Origin: an uncultured Pirellulaceae bacterium
GTDB taxonomy: Bacteria; Planctomycetota; Planctomycetia; Pirellulales; Pirellulaceae
Length of the DNA: 64,000 nucleotides
NCBI GenBank assembly: GCA_964543985.1
Contig: CAZJBW010000010.1
Location: 9,684 to 73,683, forward strand
Reading direction: 5' to 3'
The notes under the pieces were generated by a model. It did not search any database, had not been told where the DNA came from, and worked only from the letters and a program-made list of their open reading frames with translations. Of this stretch, positions 41,200 to 52,785 are shown piece by piece. Position numbers and translations under genes: made by a program. Position 1 is the stretch's first letter. Each line of letters opens with the position of its first letter.

Positions 41200-43971
41200 T
41201 TACAGCGTGCGAGCTACTTCAACGATTTTGTAAGCTTCCAGGGTGTCACCTTCCTTGATGTCGTTGTAGCCTGCCAGCCGGATCCCGCACTCCATACCAC
41301 GCTGCACCTCCTTGGCGTCATCTTTTTCACGCTTCAGGGAATCCAGTCCGTAATCGCCGATGACCCGGCTTTCCCGGATCAACCGGATACGGCAATTTCT
41401 TTCGATGTTGCCTCGCATCACACGACAACCAGCGATCGAACCAACGCGGCTGATATTGAAGACTCGCAAGACCATCGCCATACCAAGTTCGACCGTGCTT
41501 TCTTCTGGTTTCAGGCGGCCTTCCAGTGTCGCACGAATATCGTCCGTCACTTTGTAGATGACTTCGTAGCGACGAACTTCGACTTGCAGTTCTTCGGCTA
41601 GGCTGCGAGCCGCTTCGTCGGGCACGACATTGAAGCCGATGATAACGGCATTGGATGCCTGAGCCAGACGGACGTCGGCCACGGTGATACCACCAACCAG
41701 GTTTTGCAGCACCTTGACGCGTACTTCGGGGTGATCCAGTTTGCCGAGTTCTTTTTGGATGGCTTCGATCGAACCACGCACATCGGCGCGGATGATCAAA
41801 TTCAATTCCACCAAATCTTCGACGACACCTAATGTGCCCGAGGCCAATTGCTCCTGGAATTTATCCAACGAGACCTTGGTAGTGATTCCGGCCAGATTCT
41901 TGTGTCGCGAAGCGAACTCGCGAGATTCTGCAACTTCGCGAGCTTCCGAAATATCATCCAGAACATAGAACCGGTCACCAGCTTCGGGTGCCACGTCCAG
42001 ACCGGTCAAGTTGACGGGTGTGGATGGACCAGCTTCATTGACTTTGCGATTCACATCCAAGGTGTTGTACAACGCTTTGACGCGACCGTGCGAGGCCCCG
42101 CAGACCACCACGTCGCCGACCTTCATCGTGCCGTTTTGAACCATCACTTTCGCGATGACACCACGACCCGGTTGCTGTTCGGCTTCCAGGCAAGTTCCCA
42201 TCGCATGGCGATCGGGATTCGCTTTGTATTCGTGCAATTCTGCGGTAACAAGAATCGTTTCTAGAAGATCATCGATACCTTCGCCCTTGATGGCACTGGT
42301 TCGCACGACCTCGATATCACCACCCCATTCACTAGGCAATAGTTCATGCGAGGCCAGATCTTGCAAAGCCTTGTCCGCGTTCGCACCGGGCAAATCGATC
42401 TTGTTCAATGCGACAATAATCGGAACACCGGCTGCTTTGGCGTGACTGATCGCTTCTTCGGTTTGCGGCATGACGCCGTCATCCGCCGCGACAACCAGTA
42501 CAGCAATGTCTGTGACATTAGCACCACGAGCTCGCATTTCGGTGAACGCTTCGTGGCCCGGTGTATCAACGAAAGCGATCTTTTGGCCAGCCTTTTCAAT
42601 CTCGTAGGCACGAATGTGCTGGGTGATTCCACCCGCTTCGCCTGAAACAACATTGATACCGATAATCGCATCTAGTAGCGAAGTTTTACCGTGATCGACG
42701 TGGCCCAGGAAGGTAACCACAGGCGGTCTGGCTTGCAGACTTTCTGGATCATCCTCTTGGTCAAACTGCTCCATCAATTTGTCTTCAAGGGACTGTTGAG
42801 CTCGCAGTTCAACGTGTTCGACGCCGTAATGTTCGATCAACATTTCCACGAGTTCTTCGGACAGCATGGAATTGATATTCAGCATGCTACCTTCTTCGAT
42901 AAACTGAGGTGCCTCCAAGCAGACGCGTGCCGCCGGAATACCCGCAGCCTCGGAAAACGCCCGAATTGAGCAAGGCAGTTCCAAAGTCAGATTTTCTTTT
43001 CGCGGCGCGGCCGTGTTCGCTACAGGCCCACTCTTTCGCCGGTAATTTCGACGTCTTGAATATCGGTCGTCATCGCGTCGATTGGGACGACGGCGGGTCG
43101 GCCGGGCTTGACGAGTGGTGCCTAAACCCGAATCGACATTGGACCCTGGGCGGTCCTTCTTCTTGCCACGACGACCAGACAGTGGCGAAGTTGGAACGTT
43201 TTGAGCGTTCATCGGGCTAGTAGGCGCGGCAGCCTTACCACCCTTCTTATTGCCGTGAGATTTGGCTTTGTTAGTAGCCTTTTTGGTGAAGTCACTTAAA
43301 GGCGCGGGCGAACCAGACTTGGCGCGTTCTCGCATATCCCGAATCGCCTCTTGTGGCAACGCGATATCGGGCTTTTGGACTTTTTCGGTCGGCTTATTTG
43401 ATTTGGACGGCTGCTTTACTGTGGGCATCGCAGCAATTTTGACATTCAAACCACCAGGCTTTTTCGATTCGCGAGGCTTATCTTTATCTGCGCGGCGTTT
43501 CCGCTGATTCAGATCTCGCACTTCTTTGACGCGACCACCATCACCACGAACGGGCACTGGTTTGGCAGGTGCAGTCGGTGCCGACGAAGGTGGCGGTTGG
43601 GAAGCAGGTGCTTCGGGCGGAGCATCTGGAGTCACCGTCGGTTCCGCTACCGGGGCCTCGTCAACTGGCGCCGCCGGTGCTGGTGCATCTGCCGCCGGAG
43701 CTGGACGCGAACTTCGCGAAGTTCTACTGGCTAGTGGACGGACCGGGCCGGAGGCCTTTCTTTCAGGGCGAGTCGGTTTTTTGGGATGAGCAGGCTCAGC
43801 TGGTTTTTCGGGAGCGCTGGAAAGTTGTTGCTTGATGCGAGCGATCTCGTCATCGTTGAGACTAGCTAGCGCAGACCCCTTGCCTTTGATGCCTAGTTTG
43901 TCACAGACACCAAGCAATTCTTTGTTGTCAATTCCCAGTTCTTTGGCCAGCGCGTAAATGCGTACGGACAC
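41200..43971 (-). CDS. infB: translation initiation factor IF-2
   Basis: GTG start with GGAGG upstream. G-domain [25 protein letters not shown] and NKID. Pro/Ala-rich N-terminal region. Length 923 aa. Confidence 0.95.
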   Translation of the reverse strand: MSVRIYALAKELGIDNKELLGVCDKLGIKGKGSALASLNDDEIARIKQQLSSAPEKPAEPAHPKKPTRPERKASGPVRPLASRTSRSSRPAPAADAPAPAAPVDEAPVAEPTVTPDAPPEAPASQPPPSSAPTAPAKPVPVRGDGGRVKEVRDLNQRKRRADKDKPRESKKPGGLNVKIAAMPTVKQPSKSNKPTEKVQKPDIALPQEAIRDMRERAKSGSPAPLSDFTKKATNKAKSHGNKKGGKAAAPTSPMNAQNVPTSPLSGRRGKKKDRPGSNVDSGLGTTRQARPTRRRPNRRDDDRYSRRRNYRRKSGPVANTAAPRKENLTLELPCSIRAFSEAAGIPAARVCLEAPQFIEEGSMLNINSMLSEELVEMLIEHYGVEHVELRAQQSLEDKLMEQFDQEDDPESLQARPPVVTFLGHVDHGKTSLLDAIIGINVVSGEAGGITQHIRAYEIEKAGQKIAFVDTPGHEAFTEMRARGANVTDIAVLVVAADDGVMPQTEEAISHAKAAGVPIIVALNKIDLPGANADKALQDLASHELLPSEWGGDIEVVRTSAIKGEGIDDLLETILVTAELHEYKANPDRHAMGTCLEAEQQPGRGVIAKVMVQNGTMKVGDVVVCGASHGRVKALYNTLDVNRKVNEAGPSTPVNLTGLDVAPEAGDRFYVLDDISEAREVAESREFASRHKNLAGITTKVSLDKFQEQLASGTLGVVEDLVELNLIIRADVRGSIEAIQKELGKLDHPEVRVKVLQNLVGGITVADVRLAQASNAVIIGFNVVPDEAARSLAEELQVEVRRYEVIYKVTDDIRATLEGRLKPEESTVELGMAMVLRVFNISRVGSIAGCRVMRGNIERNCRIRLIRESRVIGDYGLDSLKREKDDAKEVQRGMECGIRLAGYNDIKEGDTLEAYKIVEVARTL

Positions 43972-44129
43972 TTGTAAGGGACCTCCTTAGGGGTCGTTTG
44001 CTGAACGAACTTTCGTCGATCGGTCAGCCAGTCAAATAATAAATGGTGTTACATAAATGAATCACTCCTGTGTTAACGACTGTCCATTACGCAGTCGTCA
44101 AACACGGCACTCGGTCGGCTACACGACAC

Positions 44130-45500
44130 TCACTGCCCCTCCTGATCCGCTTTGACGGCATCAGCATCTGGTTCAGCTGTCGCAGCATCTGCGGAGGGTT
44201 CGTCTGAGTTCGTATTGTTTTCCGCTTCCGCAGCTTTGGCTGCCGCTTCCGCTTCTTTTGCCGCTTTGGCTTGTTCTTCGGCTAAACGATTGGCTTCCGC
44301 TTCACGGTCTTTGCGTTCACGATCCAATCGCCGTTGTTCTTGCAATGCTTTTTCGGCTTCTTCGGCTTTGACTTCTGCCTGAGCCACAATCAAGTCAACC
44401 TGTTCGGCCGACAGATCGCCCAATCCCATCAAGAAATCGGGTTCGATGACTTCCAAATCATCGTAAGACAAGAAGCCTTCACCGACCAACATGTTCGCTA
44501 AATCTTCATCCACACCGTCCAAGGCACTGAAACCTTCCACGGCTCGTTCGATTTGTTTTTCCAGTTCTTCCTGAGTCATGATTTCGATGTCCCAGGTGCA
44601 CAGCTTGCTAGCCAAACGCACATTCTGGCCTCGCTTACCGATAGCCAGCGACAACTGATCTTCGGCAACCAGGACGATTGCACGCCCCATCTCTTTACAC
44701 AAAATGACTTCGTCGACATTGGCTGGCTGAAGCGCGTTGCGGATCATGACCTGCGGGTCTTCGTCGTAGCGAACAATATCGATCCGTTCGTTTGACAACT
44801 CGTCGATAATACTCTTGATTCGATTGCCACGCACACCGACGCAGGCGCCGACACAGTCGACTTTAGAATCGATACTGCTGACCGCCAGTTTCGTTCGGTA
44901 TCCGGGTTCTCGCGAGATGGCATTAATGTTGATCACACCGTCAGCAATCTCTGGAATCTCTTGCTCAAACAATCGCTGCACCAATTCGCGGCGAGTCCGG
45001 CTGAGCACTACTTTGATTCGGTTACCTTGAGCCTTCACTTCAGTGACCACCGCGCGAACGCGATCATTGGGTTGATAGTGTTCGCCAGGAATTTGTTCAC
45101 TTCGTGGCAAAATGGCTTCGACACTACCGAGATTGACCGTGGTCACACTTCCTTCGCTTCGATGAACGGTGCCCGAAACGATCTCGTTGATCTGCTGATC
45201 AAACTCGACCATCTGAGCGTCACGCTCGGCTTCGCGAACCTTTTGAATAATCACTTGCTTGGCGGTCTGAGCACCGATCCGGCCAATGACGTCTTCGTAG
45301 TCCAGTTGAGTGTCACCACAGCGACCGGCGATTTCACCGCTTTCACGATCGATCGCGAATTCCACATCGGCTTCGTCCCCGAAGTGTTTTCGTGCAGCCG
45401 AAACCAGCGCAGACTCGATCGCCCCAAAAACAATCTCTTTGGGGATGTTCTTGTCGCGATGCAGCGAATCGACGATGCGTAAAACTTCACCTGCGTTCAT
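44130..45500 (-). CDS. nusA: transcription termination/antitermination factor NusA
   Basis: N-terminus EVLRIVDSLHRDKNIPKEIVFGAIESAL, S1 and KH regions (GACVGVRGNRIKSI, AIGKRGQNVRLASKL), and synteny nusA-infB-rbfA. Confidence 0.95.
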   Translation of the reverse strand: MNAGEVLRIVDSLHRDKNIPKEIVFGAIESALVSAARKHFGDEADVEFAIDRESGEIAGRCGDTQLDYEDVIGRIGAQTAKQVIIQKVREAERDAQMVEFDQQINEIVSGTVHRSEGSVTTVNLGSVEAILPRSEQIPGEHYQPNDRVRAVVTEVKAQGNRIKVVLSRTRRELVQRLFEQEIPEIADGVININAISREPGYRTKLAVSSIDSKVDCVGACVGVRGNRIKSIIDELSNERIDIVRYDEDPQVMIRNALQPANVDEVILCKEMGRAIVLVAEDQLSLAIGKRGQNVRLASKLCTWDIEIMTQEELEKQIERAVEGFSALDGVDEDLANMLVGEGFLSYDDLEVIEPDFLMGLGDLSAEQVDLIVAQAEVKAEEAEKALQEQRRLDRERKDREAEANRLAEEQAKAAKEAEAAAKAAEAENNTNSDEPSADAATAEPDADAVKADQEGQ

Positions 45501-45963
45501 TCGGTTTCTGCCTAAGTGTTATTAATGGTTTGTATTTGGTGGTCATTGAATCAGGTGCAAGCGACCTAAGACAAATTCCGTTGCAAATGGTTCGGACGGG
45601 ATTGGAATGTTCTTGTCTTGCGAAAGTTTTGGGCCCTTCAAATGAAAAACCGCCGGATCCGTTCAATTTCGCAAAGGCGTCATTGAGCTTCACCGCCGGA
45701 CAACCAAAGACTGCAATCAACATCAACAGCCTCATTCGTGTTGCCAACCATTTCGCTGCGGAGCGGATTTGTTACATCAACCAAACCGTCACGCAATGAA
45801 TGATCTCGAAAGAACCACTAAACCACGATGTTTCTCCAATTCCTGCCGGGTTACAAACAAAACGATACTGTCGTCAGGCTGCTATCGGCATAATCCATGA
45901 CACAACACAGCGTAAAGAATACTCAGATTCGAAAAAATGGTCAACTACAGCCCCCTTAATCCA

Positions 45964-46001
45964 CAAAATCTATCGAGCCTGTCAAAATCTATCGAGCCTG
46001 T
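45964..46001 (+). repeat. perfect 19-bp tandem duplication CAAAATCTATCGAGCCTGT x2
   Basis: Copies at 45964..45982 and 45983..46001, in the 780-bp non-coding stretch upstream of nusA. Confidence 0.9.
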
Positions 46002-46279
46002 TTTTCGGGCAACCAACGAACAACTGCCCACCCAGTCTTCAATCGACGATCGAACCAACGCGACTATCTGCCCAACGCGGGCATGTAAGGTCCGGAATCT
46101 TTCCCACCACAGAATCCGGGTGCTGAGATTGCCTTGCCAATAGAGGGGCCGAAGGGGGCCAAACGAGTGATTGGTTCCAGGCAAATTTTCAGGTTTGTCG
46201 TCTAGTAGAAGGACGACATTTCCTAGCCGTAGCGCATGCGGGATCCGCTGAATGATGGATGCCGCCGTCGATTGTTTGA

Positions 46280-47608
46280 TTACTGAATCGAGCGAAACGT
46301 ACCAAAATAGGCGTCAGCGATGGCCTTTAGAGAGGGCTCGAAGTCACGAAAGCAGTAAAAAGCGATGGTATTAATAACGAATTCGTCTTTGTCGGTCCGC
46401 TTGGCTCGCTTGGTCGCTCGATTAATCAAATACTCTACCGAGTTATCAAAGAACATCCCGTCGGTTAGCAGGAAGATCGTATCTGGATCCATATTGATGG
46501 ACCGACGAATGGACCCCAAAGGCTTGGTCGAATTATCAGGTTTTTGCCTATTCAACCATTTACGGAACGCAATTTTGTTCTCGTCCGTCGCCGGAACCAT
46601 TTTGTTGGCGCCAGCCAAACGGGGCATGGGGTGAGTTGTCCCACTAAACAAGAACACAAAGAATTCTTGATCAGCCGTCAATCCGGAGATCGCTCGCAAC
46701 AACTCGTACTTGGCATCGACCCACCGCGCGCCTTCCATACTGCCCGACCGGTCCACGATAAACACGATCTTTTTGCCAGTGGCCTCAATTCCAAAGAAGG
46801 ACGAGCCACCTTCCAAAAACTCCAGAGACTCTCCGCTACTGGCATTCGCAATGCGACTTAATTGTTCGGAACTTCCCGACAAATCATCGGCAAATTCAAA
46901 TTGCTCGGTGTCGAACGCTTCCAGCTCGAATTCCAATTCCATCGAAAGCAATTCGGGCGCACCATCGGCAGAATTAGCCTCTGGCAACTCGAACGCCTCC
47001 TCCGAGGACTCGAACGTAACATCCTCCAGATCCAACAAAGCTCCCAAATCATCATCACTGCTGACTTCCAGGAAAATGTTACCTCGGCTCTGCACGCCGA
47101 AAGTAAACACCGCTAGAGCAACGATCACAATCACGTGTACCACCAAACTGGCCATCCAAGAACGGCTGGAATGGAGCAATTGATACACGAACCCTGTCGA
47201 CTGATAGTATTCGCTGGACTCGTCCAATTCTGAAGAAAAGGCGAAATCTTCACGTGGTTTCACGACATCATCGACGGCTAATCGTTGCAACGTCTGCTGC
47301 TGAATTTGAGACTTCGTGGTGACACCAGCAACTGTCTTGGTAGTGGCGGGCTTCGTGGCGGGCTTCGTTGCGACGGCACGCACCGTTTTGTTTTTTGCTT
47401 CTGCCGCTTTCAACTGAGCCGCTTTGTTTGGCATGGGCTTGGGCGGCGAAGCAGCGGGCTTACTTTTGGCGCTGGCCTGCGGGACAGGTTTGCGGGCTGC
47501 CGCGCCCGGCTTTGTTACCTTTGCCTTGGAAGGCTTTTGAGGCGCCGCTTTAGGCGCAATCCCATCCTGGGGACCTATATTTGAGTTGTCTGAATTTGGT
47601 TTAGGCAT
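46280..47608 (-). CDS. membrane-anchored vWA-domain protein with Lys/Pro/Ala-rich N-terminal region
   Basis: MIDAS KIVFIVDRSGSMEG and a TM MASLVVHVIVIVALAVFTF. Start taken at MPKPNSDN (47608). Confidence 0.7.
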   Translation of the reverse strand: MPKPNSDNSNIGPQDGIAPKAAPQKPSKAKVTKPGAAARKPVPQASAKSKPAASPPKPMPNKAAQLKAAEAKNKTVRAVATKPATKPATTKTVAGVTTKSQIQQQTLQRLAVDDVVKPREDFAFSSELDESSEYYQSTGFVYQLLHSSRSWMASLVVHVIVIVALAVFTFGVQSRGNIFLEVSSDDDLGALLDLEDVTFESSEEAFELPEANSADGAPELLSMELEFELEAFDTEQFEFADDLSGSSEQLSRIANASSGESLEFLEGGSSFFGIEATGKKIVFIVDRSGSMEGARWVDAKYELLRAISGLTADQEFFVFLFSGTTHPMPRLAGANKMVPATDENKIAFRKWLNRQKPDNSTKPLGSIRRSINMDPDTIFLLTDGMFFDNSVEYLINRATKRAKRTDKDEFVINTIAFYCFRDFEPSLKAIADAYFGTFRSIQ

Positions 47609-47931
47609 GCCAAGCCCCAATGTGCGAACCGTTGGAAATTGCGGGCAAAGGATGATGAGACCGCTAGTTCCTAACACGACTTAATTATCACGCACCCCAT
47701 GCGTTTATACAACGGATCGATTCAAAACAATTTTGATTTTTGAGCGAGTGTGATCACATTTCCCGCAAAAACCGTGATGCTGGCAACCCTTTCCATGTCG
47801 ATCGATATTGTGACCTGCCTGACAGCTTCCCTATACTCCGCGGCCATTTACGCCCTAGCGACATCAACTGTCCAGCGGCGAAAACGCATACGCGTTAACG
47901 GGCACCAACTAACCAAAATTTGGATCTTGCA

Positions 47932-49449
47932 ATGTGCAAAATGGGAACGCGAATTCAATCGGCAATTGTATTGTTGGCGACCTTGTTGATTGTCATGGGT
48001 TTTACGGTTACCGACTGCTCGGCTCAATCCACCAGTGACCCGACTAGTAAACAAGCGCCTGAGAACCGCAGCACTCTTAACGACAACGAGTCTTTAGAGT
48101 GGCTACCCGGTTTAGATGGTCAGCCTGTTCAACCAAGCAATCGCCCAGCCGCAGCACCCGCTTTGCCCAACGCTCGGCCGTTGAATCCATCCAACAGCCA
48201 GCGTTTTCCTAGCGACCCGGCAGCTCTGTATCCGAATCAACCGGTCGTCGCGCAAGTCGCATTCCAGGAAACCGCTAGTACCCAGCAAGATCCGCAAACG
48301 CAAACCGACCAAGCGACCACGACGCCAGCGCCTGCCCAAAACAATGTTGTAGATTCGCGAATCACAATGGTCACCAAAGGCGTGACCCAATTGCCAAGCG
48401 AAGCGGGGCAGGTTTGGCGAACATACGACATCAGCCCCTATACAACCGCCGTTCGCGACAACCAACGACCTCAACAAGCCATCATCGATTGGATTTTGAA
48501 AGAGACTGGAACGGAAATGTGGTTCCAGCAACCGATGGGAATCTTGAACACGACGGGTCGCCAGTTACACGTTTACCACACACCTGCCGTTCAAGCTCGC
48601 GTCAAGTCGCTAGTGGATCGGTTCGTTAACAGCCGCGCACGGTCACTGGTTATGGGCATGAAGATGATGACCATCACCAGTCCCGATTGGCGAAGTTCTG
48701 CCTTTTCCATGATGCAGCCGGTGCCCATGTCATCGCCGGGTGTCGAGGCTTGGTTGATGTCAAAAGAAAATGCCGCCATCCTGTTTGGCGACCTGAAAAA
48801 CCGAGCGGACTCTCAAGAGCGGACAAATGCCGATTTGGTAGTAACTGACGGGCAACCTTACGAACTTTCACAACGTCGCCCTGTAACGTTCACTCGATCC
48901 GTCAGTGCAAGTCAAACGGGTGCCGGGTACACTCCGCTGAACTCGCAAATCGCAGAGGGTTTCACGGTCGACATTAGCGCCTTGAGTTCATTGGATGGGC
49001 GTTCCATCGAAGCCATCATTGGATGCGATATCGATCAAATCGAAAAAATGAATCGCGTGTCGGTCGACCTACCGGGCATCGGCGGACAGACTCAACCGTT
49101 TGAGTTGCAGATTCCGCAAATGGTTTCATGGAGTGTGAAGGAGCGGTTTCGTTGGCCAAGTGACCAAGTTTTAGTATTGAGCTGTGGCGTCGTGGCCACC
49201 CCCGGCCCTCAACGCCAGGCTTTGTTGGGCCTGCCAACTCTATTTAACGGCAATCGCCGTCGAGCCGATGCACTGATGTTCCTGGAATACAAAGGGGTGG
49301 CACAATCGGTCGCGGGGGTCAGCCAAACCCAATTGTTGGCTCCCACGGGCCTGAATCGCGGTTACGTACCGCCTCAATCCACACCGACCGGAAATATCAC
49401 CGGAAACACGGGCCAAGCGGGATTGATTCCCATTACGCCTCGTCGATAG
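47932..49449 (+). CDS. secreted protein, possibly secretin-domain outer-membrane protein
   Basis: Signal peptide AIVLLATLLIVMGFTVTDCSAQS. The C-terminal segment VLVLSCGVV....LLGLPTLFNGNRRRADALMFLEYKGV resembles the secretin C-terminal motif. Confidence 0.4.
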   Translation: MCKMGTRIQSAIVLLATLLIVMGFTVTDCSAQSTSDPTSKQAPENRSTLNDNESLEWLPGLDGQPVQPSNRPAAAPALPNARPLNPSNSQRFPSDPAALYPNQPVVAQVAFQETASTQQDPQTQTDQATTTPAPAQNNVVDSRITMVTKGVTQLPSEAGQVWRTYDISPYTTAVRDNQRPQQAIIDWILKETGTEMWFQQPMGILNTTGRQLHVYHTPAVQARVKSLVDRFVNSRARSLVMGMKMMTITSPDWRSSAFSMMQPVPMSSPGVEAWLMSKENAAILFGDLKNRADSQERTNADLVVTDGQPYELSQRRPVTFTRSVSASQTGAGYTPLNSQIAEGFTVDISALSSLDGRSIEAIIGCDIDQIEKMNRVSVDLPGIGGQTQPFELQIPQMVSWSVKERFRWPSDQVLVLSCGVVATPGPQRQALLGLPTLFNGNRRRADALMFLEYKGVAQSVAGVSQTQLLAPTGLNRGYVPPQSTPTGNITGNTGQAGLIPITPRR

Positions 49450-49665
49450 ATTGGATTCCGACAAAAATTGGAACCGATAAACCCACAAATATCGTCCGGC
49501 TTAATAGATCGCCCCATTTGCCAAGCTTCTTTTCGCACTCCCGTTGGCGAACGAATCTGGCTGACTCGGACAGAAAGTTGTGCGGTCTCGACGTAGTCGG
49601 GCGGATTCTTAGAATGTACTTTTGACCCTATCTGCTAATTTTCAGCTCGAAGAGCCAGTTTGTTT

Positions 49666-50976
49666 ATGTACTGTCCTGATCGTCGCGTCGTGATCACAGG
49701 GATTGGGCTAGTCAGTCCCCTCGGAACCAACGTTGAAACCATGTGGAGCAACCTTTCACAAGGTAACAGCGGCGTGGGCTTTATTGATGCCTTGCCCGAA
49801 GCCAAAACGCCGACCCGTATCGGTGGCGAGGCGAAAACGTTTACCGGTTCGATCGATGACTTTGGCGAGCTAGAAAAAACGTTAAAACGCAGTATCAAAA
49901 AAGGGCTGCGTTTGATGTGCCGCGAAATCAGCATGGGCGTCGCCTCTTCGCAACTCGCTTTACAAGACGCCGGAATTACGACTGGAACCTACGACCCAGA
50001 ACGCATCGGCACTCTTTTTGGCTCCGACTATATCCTGACGCTGCCTCAAGAATTCAACGAGGGTATTCACAAGTGTTTGTCCGCAAACCAAGACTTCGAT
50101 TTTGAACGCTGGGGCCAGGATGGTATTCCACAAGTCAATCCGCTGTGGTTGCTAAAGTACCTTCCCAATATGCCAGCCAGTCATGTGGCCATCTACAATG
50201 ACTTGCGCGGACCCAGCAATTCGTTGACGATGCGCGAAGCCTCGTCCAACGTCGCGTTGGCCGAAGCCGTGACAACGATTCGACGCGGCGTAGCCGAATG
50301 CATGTTGGCCGGCGCCACAGGAACTCGCATTCATCCACTACGCAGCGTGCATGTGGCCATGCAACAACCTTTGGCTCAAGCCGACCAACCCAACCAAGCT
50401 TGCCGCCCATTCGACCAAGCCCGCAGTGGTATGGTTCTGGGTGAAGGCGCTGGCTGTATTGTCCTGGAATCTTTGGAAGCCGCTCAAGCCCGCTCGGCCA
50501 CAATCCACGGTGAAATCGTTGGCTACGGCACCAGCACGGTGGCCAACAAAAACGGAGTCGCCAATTACGAAACGGCATTCGAAAACGTATTAAAGGGTGT
50601 TTTGGAAACTAGCGGACTGACGACCGCAGATATCGGACACATTCATGCTCATGGAATTTCCACCGTCGATTGCGACAAACAGGAAGCCGCGGCCATCAAC
50701 CGAGTCTTTGGCGATGATTCACCACCGGTGATGGCGGCAAAAAGTTTCATGGGTAACTTGGGAGCCGGCAGTGGCTTGGTCGAAGCGATCGCCAGCCTGG
50801 AAGCCGTCAAACGAAACCAACTGTTTCCGATCCTGAATTACGACCAACCGGATCCCGAATGCCCAATCAATGCTGCGGATCCAAACAAGCACGAACCCGG
50901 GTCATGCTTCATTAACATGAATGTCTCGCCGCAGGGCCAAGCCAGCGCAATTCTAATCAAAGCGTTTCAGGGCTAA
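49666..50976 (+). CDS. beta-ketoacyl synthase (FabF-like) family protein lacking the canonical Cys nucleophile
   Basis: RRVVITGIGLVSPLG, HAHGISTVDCD and KSFMGNLGAGSG. The block DLRGPSNSLTMREASSN aligns gaplessly with FabF [16 protein letters not shown], placing Glu at the Cys position. Asn replaces the second His. Confidence 0.8.
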   Translation: MYCPDRRVVITGIGLVSPLGTNVETMWSNLSQGNSGVGFIDALPEAKTPTRIGGEAKTFTGSIDDFGELEKTLKRSIKKGLRLMCREISMGVASSQLALQDAGITTGTYDPERIGTLFGSDYILTLPQEFNEGIHKCLSANQDFDFERWGQDGIPQVNPLWLLKYLPNMPASHVAIYNDLRGPSNSLTMREASSNVALAEAVTTIRRGVAECMLAGATGTRIHPLRSVHVAMQQPLAQADQPNQACRPFDQARSGMVLGEGAGCIVLESLEAAQARSATIHGEIVGYGTSTVANKNGVANYETAFENVLKGVLETSGLTTADIGHIHAHGISTVDCDKQEAAAINRVFGDDSPPVMAAKSFMGNLGAGSGLVEAIASLEAVKRNQLFPILNYDQPDPECPINAADPNKHEPGSCFINMNVSPQGQASAILIKAFQG

Positions 50977-51187
50977 GTCCAACGCGTTCCGCTGGAACGA
51001 GTGGAGACTCGTTCCCTCAAACATGCGTTCGGTCGCAGGGAATCCCCGCGTCACTTTCTAAACAATCGTCACACGTGGCATAACCTGCCGAAATTTCCAA
51101 GGGCTGGAATCGACTGGGCGGGGCTGCGCGCGAATTCCACAACCTATATTTTGGCGTCTCATCCAACCTTTTCCCCAGACGTCCGCC

Positions 51188-52591
51188 ATGGCGAAGCCCA
51201 ATATCCGTCAAAACAAAACGACGATCAAACTATTCTTTAAACTCATCGATGTCGCCGCTATCGGTTTCGGGCTGTTCATGCTGTTGCAATGGTTCCCCGA
51301 AATGAACAGCAAGGCGACGGTCGCCAGTTTCTTGATCGCTCTAGGCATTTTCAGCATCACTGCCGAACTGTTTGGATTGTATCGTGATTGGCAAGGCATC
51401 TTATTCGCTCGAGAAGCGGCCAGTTGCATCACGACCTGGGCAGTTACTTTGTGTCTACTGTTTCTGTTGGGAAGCTACACGGCGTACATTACCGAACTTT
51501 CAATTCTGGCGCTGATTTATTGGTTTGCGTTCACGCCCTTGATCTCGCTTACCTTTCGCATCTGTCGTCGCTGGCTTGTTGCCACGATGGTTAAACGTGG
51601 CGTTTATACTCGCAGCTTTGCCGTCGTTGGAGTCAACGAGCTTGGGTTGCAACTAGTACAAAACATCGAATCGGCCCCCGATCTGGGTTTACAGTTCTTG
51701 GGCTTCTATGACGACCGACCCGACGATCGCACTTTGGGATTGCCTACCGAATACGAATCGCGTTTGGGTACCATTAGCGACTTGATCGATCACGCCAAAA
51801 AGATGGAAGTGAACGTCGTTTTCATTGCCCTACCAATGCGAGCTGAAAAACGAATCCGCAGAGTGATCGAAGGACTGTCCGATTCAACCATCTCGGTGTA
51901 TATCGTGCCCGACCTGTTCGTCTTTCAGATGTTGCATAGTCGCTGGTCCGACATCCAAGGTTTGCCAGTCGTCAGTGTTTTCGAGAACCCGTTCTACGGT
52001 GTCGATGGACTGCTGAAACGGTCAGTCGATATCGCGTTGGCCTGTGTCGCTTTGTTGGTCCTGTCATTGCCGATGCTGGCGATTGCCTTGGCCGTCAAAC
52101 TGACGTCGAAAGGCCCTGTACTGTTCAAACAACGGCGATACGGTTTGGACGGAAAAGAGATCCGAGTTCTCAAGTACCGATCAATGACCGTCTGCGAGGA
52201 CGGTGGCAAGGTTACTCAGGCTACAAAGAATGACAAACGATTGACACCGATCGGTGGTTTCCTACGCAGCACCTCGCTGGACGAACTTCCACAGTTTCTA
52301 AATGTGTTGCTAGGTTCCATGTCACTCATCGGACCTCGCCCTCACGCCACGGCTCACAACGAATTCTACCGGTCGCAAATTGACGGCTACATGCTGCGGC
52401 ACAAAGTCAAACCAGGCATCACTGGCTTGGCGCAAGTGAATGGGTGCCGAGGCGAAACTGAAACGGTCGAAAAAATGGCCAAACGAATTCACTTCGACCA
52501 TCAGTACATCCGCGAATGGTCACTGTGGTTGGACATCAAGATCCTGTTCCGTACCGTCACCGTTGTGTTCTCGAAACAGAACGCCTATTAA
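51188..52591 (+). CDS. polyprenyl glycosylphosphotransferase (WcaJ/WbaP-type bacterial sugar transferase)
   Basis: N-terminal TM helices. C-terminal domain [66 protein letters not shown]. Confidence 0.85.
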   Translation: MAKPNIRQNKTTIKLFFKLIDVAAIGFGLFMLLQWFPEMNSKATVASFLIALGIFSITAELFGLYRDWQGILFAREAASCITTWAVTLCLLFLLGSYTAYITELSILALIYWFAFTPLISLTFRICRRWLVATMVKRGVYTRSFAVVGVNELGLQLVQNIESAPDLGLQFLGFYDDRPDDRTLGLPTEYESRLGTISDLIDHAKKMEVNVVFIALPMRAEKRIRRVIEGLSDSTISVYIVPDLFVFQMLHSRWSDIQGLPVVSVFENPFYGVDGLLKRSVDIALACVALLVLSLPMLAIALAVKLTSKGPVLFKQRRYGLDGKEIRVLKYRSMTVCEDGGKVTQATKNDKRLTPIGGFLRSTSLDELPQFLNVLLGSMSLIGPRPHATAHNEFYRSQIDGYMLRHKVKPGITGLAQVNGCRGETETVEKMAKRIHFDHQYIREWSLWLDIKILFRTVTVVFSKQNAY

Positions 52592-52785
52592 CTGAACGAC
52601 TACAAACAGAACATCTAAAATTTGCAGCCTACATTTCTGCAATTGGCGAAAAATTGTTTGTTGAAGCGCGGCGGTCAAATTACAAATGGGCTCATTTTTG
52701 CATCTGATTGCAAACTTTGACTGACACCTTTTTAGATTCTTGGTACGTTGGTTGATTCCAGTCTGGTATCGATCTGTTGCCCTGA

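Noticed and set aside
43262-43835. Several plus-strand ORFs (43262..43507, 43526..43789, 43569..43835) and other antisense ORFs within infB and nusA
   Set aside because: They lie antisense to highly confident housekeeping genes, and their Gly/Ala/Ser-rich composition comes from the Pro/Ala-rich IF-2 N-terminus.
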